Assembly: GCA_965206595.1 (NCBI GenBank)
Contig: OZ242214.1
Coordinates: 3,808,001-3,872,000, forward strand
Direction: 5' to 3'
From: Candidatus Latescibacterota bacterium
Lineage (GTDB): Bacteria; Latescibacterota; UBA2968; UBA8231
Length of the DNA: 64,000 bases
The translations under genes and the position numbers were made by a program. Below are positions 19,234 to 27,123 of this stretch, piece after piece; position 1 is the first letter of the stretch, and every line of letters starts with the position of its first letter. The notes beneath the pieces were generated by a model that saw nothing but the letters and a program-made list of their open reading frames with translations, did not search any database and was not told the DNA's origin.

Positions 19234-21933
19234 TCAGCCTATGAAGACCTTGAAGAAGTACTCCACGAATCCCACTGACGGCCGCTGCGATCCCGTGAAG
19301 CTGGTGGAGGTGCGGTAGCCCCCGAACAGAAGGGCGAGATCGTAGCCGCGGTGATTGCTCCTGTTCTGCAGAAACGCCGTGTACGTCCGGCGGCGGAAAT
19401 CCCGCTCGGGACTTGTCGGGTCGAGAGATTTCTCCGGCAGGAAGGGCAGACCTTGAACGCCGGTTTTCAGGTCCGTGTGCGGACCGATGCGGCAGTCGAT
19501 TCGCAGAACAGGGATGATCCAGCGCGTCTGCCGGTCGGGGATGGCCCGCTCGGGAAACTTGCTGCGCTGAAAAACATGCTTGAACTGCGGCAGGATGGTG
19601 AACCGCTTCAGGCGCCAGGTATAGTCGGCCATGTTGACCATGGCGAAGTGGGTGATGGTTCCCGGCGCCGCCGTCTTCGGATCGTCAAGGGACGGCCCCG
19701 TCAGATCGACATAGTTGAAGGAGACGACATTGCGAAAATTCAAGCCTTCGATGGTCTTCAGCTCGGTTTCGAAATGGGTCAGATTGTCGACGCTGTCCCG
19801 GCGCTGGAGCAGGTCCGGCTCCAACTCGTAGCGGCTCGAACGGGTCAGACCGGAGGGCAGCGTTTCCGTTTCGATGAACTGGTAGATGGTGTTGCGAATA
19901 TCGTCCTGCACCCACTTGATCCGGTGGTTAAGACGAATTTCACCCAGCTCTTCCCAAGTGCGCTCGTACCGACCTTCGAGATAACCGGCATCGTTGGACA
20001 AACCCAGAGCCGGCTGGCGGATGCGATAGGCCCCGAAACGCACCTTCGTGCGCGCCGTCGGCCTGACCGAGGCGAAGGCGTGCAGGCCGCGATGGTCAGC
20101 CGGATAGAGGTAATCCGGCAGATTGTCGTTTTCCCGCAGGTCGGCGATGCCGTTGTTGTTGAAATCGTCGCCGAACACCATTTCGGGCGGATCCACGTAG
20201 TATCCCAGAAACGGGGTAAATGCATTTCCGCCCACGTTCAGGTCGAGGATCCCGTCGTGGTTGAGGTCCAGCCCGGGAAAGACCCCGTAGCCTTCACCCG
20301 AAGAGCGCGTGAAAAAAGCAAGCGGATCCCCGTGTTCGGTCCAGTCGGGCCAGGCATCCAGATCGTCGTTGTCCTCGACTAGGGCGAAACGTTCGTAAAC
20401 CTTGCCGCCGACCGTGTGTCCGATAGCGGACCCGCGGAAGATCGAGAAATCGGTAGTGTAGTCAGCGGGGACATCGAACCACTCGATGCCGACGTCCGCT
20501 TGCGAACTGACTGGTCTAAGGAGGTTGAGGTAGAAAGTGGAACTGTCGCGATCGTGGCGGCCGCCGCCGGGTGAGGGCACCTTGAGAAACCGGGTGCTCC
20601 GGGCGAACTCCCCCTGGAGACGGCTTCCCAGGATTTTGGCTTCGAAGTCGAGCCCCAGTATTCCCAGCCCGGTTGGAAACCCGTAGCGGAAGGTGACGCG
20701 GCGGAGGTTGGAGTTGCTGCCTGGATTGCCGCTGGCCCGCAACGTGTTGTTCCAGTCGTAGAAGAGATCACCGTATTCGGTTCCGGAATCGAACAGCGGT
20801 ACCTGCATCCCTCCGACCACGTCGACGCTGTAGTCGTTGGCCAGAATGGCCTCGAAGCGAACGTCTTTCGTCGCTTCCGGAACCTCGTACTCGTAAAAGA
20901 TCACGTCGGTGCCGTTGGCTGCCAGGGGAGCGCTTCCCGAGGCCGGCGCCGCTTCCAGCGAGATCCGATCCAGCAAGATTGGAAAAAAACTTTCGTTGCT
21001 TGCGGCGACGGCTGCCGGCAACCAGGGTCCATTGCGCCGGATGTGCTCCACGTCTCCCGGACTCAACGGAATGGTGTTGCTGCGATCGAAAGTGATGGGG
21101 ATGTGCTCGAGGAGGCGCTCGATCCTTCCCACCCGGAGCTGCTCCACCGCCTCGCCGTCGGCAAACATCGTCACCCCGTAGATCGCCGCCCCCGGTGCCG
21201 TGTCGTGTGGCGCATCATCGGTAAAGAAGACGAACACCCGGCGCAGCCCGCCGTCCCGGACCACTCCCGGGACATCCCCCTTCAAGCCGTTGAGATTGGC
21301 ACTGGCCTCACCGTCGAAGCGGTGAGCGTTGACGTAGGTCGTTCCTATCCTGAGGAGGTCTCCGATCTGGCTCTCCCAGTGAGCGCCGAACAGGGTGGTA
21401 CCGAAAACTCGGCGCTGTTCGATAAACGCGTCGCTCGGCACATAGGAGCTGGGAGCTGTGAGCGGATCTCGCAGATGCGTGGCGATTACGCTGAATCTGC
21501 TTTTGCGCGAAGAGCCGTCCCAGCGGATCCCGTTGAAATTCGGGATGTTCAAGGTCATGGGAGTGAAGGTGGTGCGCAGGTGCTCACCGATTATCAGGCG
21601 GGTGGACCAGCGGCCGAACCCCTCGTCGGCGATGACGAGCTTCTGGAAGAAATTGTTATAGCCCCCGCTGCGCGCTTCGAAGCTGCCTATCCGGCCCGGG
21701 GCATTGCGGCGTACCTCGCTGAATTCCAGGATATCGACGCCATCGATCAGAAGGTCGCCGAAGATGTCGAAACGGCGGTTCTCCCCTTCGAAATCGTAGT
21801 CCCGGTAACCGTTGGCGCCGTAGTTCTCGAATACCTCGTTTGCCCACTGTGTGCGAAAGTCCCTGGACAGGAACTGGGCATCGGACGAGAAAGCTGACAG
21901 GAAAAGACAGAAAGACAGGCTGAGAAGACGCAT
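19234..21933 (-). CDS. Large exported protein, paralog C
   Basis: Signal peptide; GEHLRTTFTPMT, EDNDDLDAWPD, GVFPGLDLNHDGILD, GDDFNNNGIADLREND; ends YFFKVFIG. Confidence 0.75.
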   Translation of the reverse strand: MRLLSLSFCLFLSAFSSDAQFLSRDFRTQWANEVFENYGANGYRDYDFEGENRRFDIFGDLLIDGVDILEFSEVRRNAPGRIGSFEARSGGYNNFFQKLVIADEGFGRWSTRLIIGEHLRTTFTPMTLNIPNFNGIRWDGSSRKSRFSVIATHLRDPLTAPSSYVPSDAFIEQRRVFGTTLFGAHWESQIGDLLRIGTTYVNAHRFDGEASANLNGLKGDVPGVVRDGGLRRVFVFFTDDAPHDTAPGAAIYGVTMFADGEAVEQLRVGRIERLLEHIPITFDRSNTIPLSPGDVEHIRRNGPWLPAAVAASNESFFPILLDRISLEAAPASGSAPLAANGTDVIFYEYEVPEATKDVRFEAILANDYSVDVVGGMQVPLFDSGTEYGDLFYDWNNTLRASGNPGSNSNLRRVTFRYGFPTGLGILGLDFEAKILGSRLQGEFARSTRFLKVPSPGGGRHDRDSSTFYLNLLRPVSSQADVGIEWFDVPADYTTDFSIFRGSAIGHTVGGKVYERFALVEDNDDLDAWPDWTEHGDPLAFFTRSSGEGYGVFPGLDLNHDGILDLNVGGNAFTPFLGYYVDPPEMVFGDDFNNNGIADLRENDNLPDYLYPADHRGLHAFASVRPTARTKVRFGAYRIRQPALGLSNDAGYLEGRYERTWEELGEIRLNHRIKWVQDDIRNTIYQFIETETLPSGLTRSSRYELEPDLLQRRDSVDNLTHFETELKTIEGLNFRNVVSFNYVDLTGPSLDDPKTAAPGTITHFAMVNMADYTWRLKRFTILPQFKHVFQRSKFPERAIPDRQTRWIIPVLRIDCRIGPHTDLKTGVQGLPFLPEKSLDPTSPERDFRRRTYTAFLQNRSNHRGYDLALLFGGYRTSTSFTGSQRPSVGFVEYFFKVFIG

Positions 21934-21942
21934 GGAGCCCGG

Positions 21943-24090
21943 CTAATACACCATGCCCACGACACCCGCAGCGGTTTCGGCATCGGGCTCGATATCCACG
22001 ACCAGACGGTACAGGTAGAGTCCCGGAGGAAGCAGCTCGCCGCCCTGATCGCGTCCGTCCCATGAGAAGGGAAGTCCGGTCCGTCCGCCCGGGCCTGGCA
22101 CATAGTAACCGGCATCCAGGCGCTGGTCGGGCAGGGTCCGGACCAGAGACCCGCCAAGATCATAGATCCCGACCTGCACCGGTGCGTCGGACACGCGGCC
22201 CAGAATGAATCCGAGGCTGAACCTGTCGTTGATCCCGTCATCGTTCGGCGAGAAGACCGCAGGGAAAGGGTGCACATCGCTGAGAATGGAGAGAGCGAAG
22301 CTCGTTGCCGCCGAGACCACCGAATAGGGCTCTCCCGTCAGCGGATCCACTCCTTCCCGCTGCTGTACGGAGAGAGGAGAGTTGGAGTCGGGTGCGTAGA
22401 GCAACCCCTGGAATTCATGACTGGCAGCAAGCAGCCGGGTCGTGAAGGGGATTTCGAGTTCCAGGCTGGCGCTGATCGGGGGATCGAAGGCGATAACCAG
22501 CGAGTCAGCCGTCGCGTAGGTGCCCGCGGCATCGATGCCGACCTCTCCGCTCACCGCCGGGATATCGAGCTGTGCCGGCCATGGCGTCAGGATGACGAGC
22601 CGTTGGACGCCGGCGTCGTCATCTCCGATTTCCAGGTCGAGGGAATAGGTGAACGTGGAATCGACCCCGATCGACACCAGCGACGGCGCGATCGAGGCCA
22701 AGGCGTCGGTTGCTGCCAGCGGTCCTCTGTTGTAGAAGAAAACAAGGCTGTCGAGCTGCGGACTCGCGAAAGGATCGGGTGTCCGCATGCGCAGTTGGAA
22801 CTGGAGAAAGCGCCGCGGTTCGGGTACGGTCAGGCGAGTCTCCGGATCCGGACTCCAGGCCGACCAACCGCTCCAGTTCTCCCCGTCGTCACCGCTGCGG
22901 AACTGGACTGCTATTTCAGCAGTGGCCGAAACGGAATCGAAGCGCACGGCTCGGTCATAATTTTTACGCTCGGGGACACCGAAATCCAATGGTGGAGACA
23001 GATAAGTCCCCCTCTCATCGAACCCGTTTCCGAAGACTTCCAGCTCCCCCACTCGCGGAGCGGCGTTGCGATTGGCGAATTCGGTGACCACCATGCGGAC
23101 ATAGCGCGCGATGATGGTCGCAAAATCGACGGCGGTCTCACGGAAGTCGGTGATCTGGTTCCGGGAGCCCACATCGAGGTAGCTCACGCCATCCTTGCTC
23201 ACCAGAACACTATAGCCGCGCAGCGAGTTGTCTTCGTAGCTTCCGGAGCTCCCCGGGGGCTGCGTTATCACCTTGACGCGGTTGATGGGAAACAGGCGCC
23301 CGAGGTCGACCTCGACCTCATCGAACAGCACCCTGCCCCCCTTTGCATAACTGACCGGGGAACCGATATCGCCGTCGATGAGCTTTAGGTCCTTCGAGAA
23401 CGTGTTGAAGGCGAGATTCTGTCCCTCAAAAGAACGCAGCCGCAGGCCGCCGCGACTGCCGTCGAGACCCCCGGGGAATCCCGCCACGGATCGCGCTCTG
23501 GTGAGATCGAGGTCGGCGAACTCGGCAAATCCGCCCGGGTCGAGGCTGCCGGCCTGGACCGAACGCCAAGTGACTGCCGCTTCCTTGCCGTCCACGTCTT
23601 CGCTATGACTGGACAGCTTGTTGAGCCGCAGCGTCATCCAGTCGGCGCCGTCTTCGTTGTCGAGAGCGAAGTCGGTCCAGAACCACGGTGTCAGGCGGTC
23701 GGTGGGAGAACTCGGCAGGAGTACGCCCTCGGCCTCCAGCACGACGAACATCCCATAGCCTCCGGAGGTCCCGTCGTGCTCGACGACCGCAGCGACCATG
23801 TTGGTACGCCTGTTGAACGGAACATCGTAGACCTCAACCGATCCGGGGTCGTCGTCCGTTCCAACCAGATCGCCGTTGAGATAGAGGCTGTAGCGATCCG
23901 CAGCGGCGATGCGGATGCGGCCATCGACAGCATCCGCGAATTCGGCGAAACCCAGGTAAAAGGTTGTGGTTGCCCACGTATCGACGGAAGCGCGTTCGAG
24001 GATCTGGGAGGAGGCCTGCGAAGCGATTGCCGCCACAAGCAAGGCACTCGGAAGGCGCCACCCGGCTCTATGTAGTGGTCCGGTTCCCAA
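21943..24090 (-). CDS. Secreted discoidin (F5/8 type C)-domain protein with C-terminal CHU_C/FlgD-like Ig domain
   Basis: EVDLGRLFPINRVKV...YSVLVSKDG...ARYVRMVV (discoidin); FSPNDDGINDR and WDGRDQGGELLPPGLYLY tail. Start probably TTG 24090, because the longer ORF to 24288 runs through a terminator. Confidence 0.7.
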   Translation of the reverse strand: MGTGPLHRAGWRLPSALLVAAIASQASSQILERASVDTWATTTFYLGFAEFADAVDGRIRIAAADRYSLYLNGDLVGTDDDPGSVEVYDVPFNRRTNMVAAVVEHDGTSGGYGMFVVLEAEGVLLPSSPTDRLTPWFWTDFALDNEDGADWMTLRLNKLSSHSEDVDGKEAAVTWRSVQAGSLDPGGFAEFADLDLTRARSVAGFPGGLDGSRGGLRLRSFEGQNLAFNTFSKDLKLIDGDIGSPVSYAKGGRVLFDEVEVDLGRLFPINRVKVITQPPGSSGSYEDNSLRGYSVLVSKDGVSYLDVGSRNQITDFRETAVDFATIIARYVRMVVTEFANRNAAPRVGELEVFGNGFDERGTYLSPPLDFGVPERKNYDRAVRFDSVSATAEIAVQFRSGDDGENWSGWSAWSPDPETRLTVPEPRRFLQFQLRMRTPDPFASPQLDSLVFFYNRGPLAATDALASIAPSLVSIGVDSTFTYSLDLEIGDDDAGVQRLVILTPWPAQLDIPAVSGEVGIDAAGTYATADSLVIAFDPPISASLELEIPFTTRLLAASHEFQGLLYAPDSNSPLSVQQREGVDPLTGEPYSVVSAATSFALSILSDVHPFPAVFSPNDDGINDRFSLGFILGRVSDAPVQVGIYDLGGSLVRTLPDQRLDAGYYVPGPGGRTGLPFSWDGRDQGGELLPPGLYLYRLVVDIEPDAETAAGVVGMVY

Positions 24091-24239
24091 TTTGGCAACC
24101 CTTTGTTTTTTTCTGGCGTTAAGGCGGGAAACCGGGCCGTTCGTCGGGATCCGATTGTCCCCGCACGGGGGCGGACAGCTCCTCATACGCCGGTTCCTTT
24201 GTCGATTACCTACCGCAAGCACCTGGCGGAGCGCGCCAC

Positions 24240-24273
24240 AAAAAAGGTGCCACCGGGAACTACCGGTGGCACC
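24240..24273 (-). terminator. Intrinsic terminator after the 24294-26312 gene
   Basis: Perfect 11-bp stem GGTGCCACCGG/CCGGTGGCACC with 6-nt loop, followed by a T-run on the minus strand. Confidence 0.85.
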
Positions 24274-24293
24274 CCGAAACAACTGCAAGCTCC

Positions 24294-26312
24294 TTATTTG
24301 AGGAAGGTGACCTTCTTGCTGAGGCTCAGATTGGGAGCTTCGATCTTGTAGATGTACACGCCGCTGGACACTTCCACCCCGTCGGCATTCCTGCCGTCCC
24401 AGGTGACCTCGAAATTGCCGGCGGGCAAGCTCTCATCAACCAGGTCGACGACGAACTGGCCTTGAGTGTTGAAGACTTTGACCGACACCGGCGCTTCCCA
24501 CGGAAGGGAGAAACGGATAGTGGTTTCCGGGTTGAAAGGATTTGGAAAAGCATCGCCCAGGGCAGCGGCATTCGGCGTGGCATCGCCTTCGACCTCCTCG
24601 ACCGCAGTCGCCGGGTCCCCGAGGCTTACGCGCTTCTGATCGTACGGCAACTGCACGAGCCAGTGGAAAGAATAGTAGCTGACGATCTGGTCCTCGGTCG
24701 GGGGCGGTGCCCAGTCATTCGTTCTCTGGCCGGGGTCATTCTCTCCGACGCTGATGTACATGCCGTCCCAAGCACTGTCGTCGTGATCGACGATCATCGT
24801 CCACTGCGGGTAGGAACTGGGGATATTCGTCGGCTGCAGCAGGAACAGGCCCGAGCCGTCGCCGCCGAGCACGGAACCGTAATCGGTGAGGTTCACGGCG
24901 GAGTGACCGATGGAGATCCAACCCCATTTGGTCGAGTTGAACCCGTACTTGGCCCCGTCGCCCGAGGTATTGCCGTAGGTGGGCTCGGCGCCGAAGCTGC
25001 CCGGGACATACATATCGCCGAAGCCGTCGCCGTTGCGGTTGATCCATCTGATGCCACCGCTGTCGTAATCCATGCTCATGACGATGGAGGTGTGGTGACC
25101 CGAGAGGGTCAGGCCGGTTGGATCGTTCTTGCCGGCGTAGTCTCTGGCTGACCAGCCAGGTCCGCCGACGCGGTCGCTGCCGTTGTTGTCATACAGAAAG
25201 ATGTCGGACAGATCCCACAGATCGAGATTTTCACCACTGTCCAGATCCCAGACCGCAACCGTGCCCACTGTGCCGTCTACGCCCGTGGTGGTGTAAATCT
25301 TGTTGTTGCCGGGATCGACTGCGACTCCGTACTTGCGCGTCGGCTGAAGCTCTCTGTAGTCGATGAAACCGTTGACGGCCCCATGGTCCGCACCCCAGCT
25401 CTCGTCGACGGAAGCCGACTGTGTTGCCGGATCGTAAGAGCCCCTGAAGAGCAGTCCGCCACCCTGATTCTGGCCGTTGGCAACGTACGTCCGCATATCG
25501 TCGGTGACGTTGCCGCTGGTTCCCAACGGAGTCATGTCGAAGACGTGAAACGGCAGGGGGCGGTCGCTCTCCGCCCACCAGAACACGTGCCGGCCGACGG
25601 GAATGTCGCCCGCGTCGGGGGCTGAATTGTGGATTTCGGTGCGGTCGATGTACGTCGCCGCTTCCGGGTTGTTGATGAAGTCGTTGTTCATGTCGACGAC
25701 CCACTCGTAGGGCCGCGTCAGCGTCTCGGCGTCGGGATCGATGATGAGCATTTCGCCCGTTCCCTGCCTGCCGGGAGCATAACCGACGATGTGCGCCGTG
25801 GCGTCGGCGTCGAAGGCTGCGAGGAACAGGTCGTACGAACCCCGGGACACGACGTTCCCTTCCATGTCGCGGCCGTTCCAGACAATGGTGTTGTCGCCGG
25901 TGTCGAAACGTTCGCCGGAAGACCTGTAGACCAACAGGTCCACGTTCTGGTAAACATGCCAGCCCGGCTCGGCGTAATCTCCGAGAACGTGCGGAGCCGG
26001 TCCTTCACCTGTGATGGTCAGCGGCGGATTCTCTCCCTTGGTGTAGATGATCAGCCACACGGTAGCGGAACCGCTCTGCGTTCCTTCGAGCGTGAAGGGA
26101 ATGGACAGATCGGAACCGTCGAATGCGTAGTCTTCTATTGGTGAAAGACCGCTGATGACGACCGTCTCTGGACGGCCGCCGCTGGTCATGTCGTTGAGCC
26201 CCAGACTTCCGTCCCCCACGAAGCGCGAGAAACGCTCTTCCTGGGCATTCGACACACCCGCAAGGAGCACCAGGGATGCCGCTCCTGCTCCAATTATGCG
26301 ATACAAAGACAT
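24294..26312 (-). CDS. Secreted protein with internal FlgD-like Ig module and C-terminal T9SS type A-like/FlgD sorting domain
   Basis: Signal peptide (VSNA|Q); WNGRDMEGNVVSRGSY; C-terminal TAVEE...FPNPFNPETTIRFSL...WDGRNADGVEVSSGVYIYKI...KKVTFLK; AAAGGAGG RBS. Confidence 0.85.
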   Translation of the reverse strand: MSLYRIIGAGAASLVLLAGVSNAQEERFSRFVGDGSLGLNDMTSGGRPETVVISGLSPIEDYAFDGSDLSIPFTLEGTQSGSATVWLIIYTKGENPPLTITGEGPAPHVLGDYAEPGWHVYQNVDLLVYRSSGERFDTGDNTIVWNGRDMEGNVVSRGSYDLFLAAFDADATAHIVGYAPGRQGTGEMLIIDPDAETLTRPYEWVVDMNNDFINNPEAATYIDRTEIHNSAPDAGDIPVGRHVFWWAESDRPLPFHVFDMTPLGTSGNVTDDMRTYVANGQNQGGGLLFRGSYDPATQSASVDESWGADHGAVNGFIDYRELQPTRKYGVAVDPGNNKIYTTTGVDGTVGTVAVWDLDSGENLDLWDLSDIFLYDNNGSDRVGGPGWSARDYAGKNDPTGLTLSGHHTSIVMSMDYDSGGIRWINRNGDGFGDMYVPGSFGAEPTYGNTSGDGAKYGFNSTKWGWISIGHSAVNLTDYGSVLGGDGSGLFLLQPTNIPSSYPQWTMIVDHDDSAWDGMYISVGENDPGQRTNDWAPPPTEDQIVSYYSFHWLVQLPYDQKRVSLGDPATAVEEVEGDATPNAAALGDAFPNPFNPETTIRFSLPWEAPVSVKVFNTQGQFVVDLVDESLPAGNFEVTWDGRNADGVEVSSGVYIYKIEAPNLSLSKKVTFLK

Positions 26313-26944
26313 GCAATTCCTCCTTTGGGAATGTGGATTTTCTCCGTGGAAACTACTTCAAAAATTGGCTTACGCCTGCTGTCGTTGAGGTCGCGTTCTA
26401 TACCCGTTCGCCTTCCTTTCACCTCTCTCCGGCAATTTAGCAACCTAGATCCTGTTTGGAGTTTGTCCGCCAAAAAAAACCCGCGCGGCTCGTATTGGAA
26501 TCTTCCCCACTACGTCCTGCGGGAGTGGCGAACCAGTTTCGTCCGCTATAAGCCCTGCAGAAAATTTTGACTAATGCCGGATTTCCCTCCCTGGTAGCCT
26601 CTCCTGCCATTCCCCAGCTTTCACTAAGGGCGGCCAAGCTACGGCGCTCATCCGAAGAAAGCAAGGGATATGTTTGAAGACCCGGCTCTCAGGATGGAAA
26701 CCAAAAAGAACCTCGCCATGCCTGAGCCGGGTGACGATCGCAGCAGGCCATGGGAGGATCAGCGCCCCTGGAAGGGGCATTTTCCCAATCTGGGGCGTGG
26801 CGGTTTCAACTACTGGCTCCGGCCGCCGGACCCGTACTGCCTCGAGCTCGCACCCACCCAGGTCGCCTCTACACCCGCTATCCCTTTCCATACGGGTCCA
26901 TACGGGGTGCCGGCGACGACGATCAGCTGCCTCGACCGAACAAT

Positions 26945-26982
26945 GTAGTGGTAAAAGTAGTGGTAAAAAGTAGTGGTAAAAA
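26945..26982. repeat. Three tandem GTAGTGGTAAAA(A) direct repeats
   Basis: gtagtggtaaaa-gtagtggtaaaaa-gtagtggtaaaaa in a divergent intergenic region. Confidence 0.9.
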
Positions 26983-27123
26983 CCTCGGTTGGCTCCGCAA
27001 GCGCCATGCCGGATTACTTGGCAGAGCAGGGACAGTCAACCATGTTACCCACGGCCGAACTTGGCCGCTCATGTTGGAAGGCGTCCAAAGGACGCCAAAC
27101 CCGCAAGGAAGAAACCGGACCTC

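Noticed and set aside
24091-24288. N-terminal extension of the 781-aa ORF
   Set aside because: Spans a terminator hairpin and precedes the signal peptide; probably non-coding
26945-26982. CRISPR-like array
   Set aside because: Units are 12-13 nt with no spacers, and no cas genes are present
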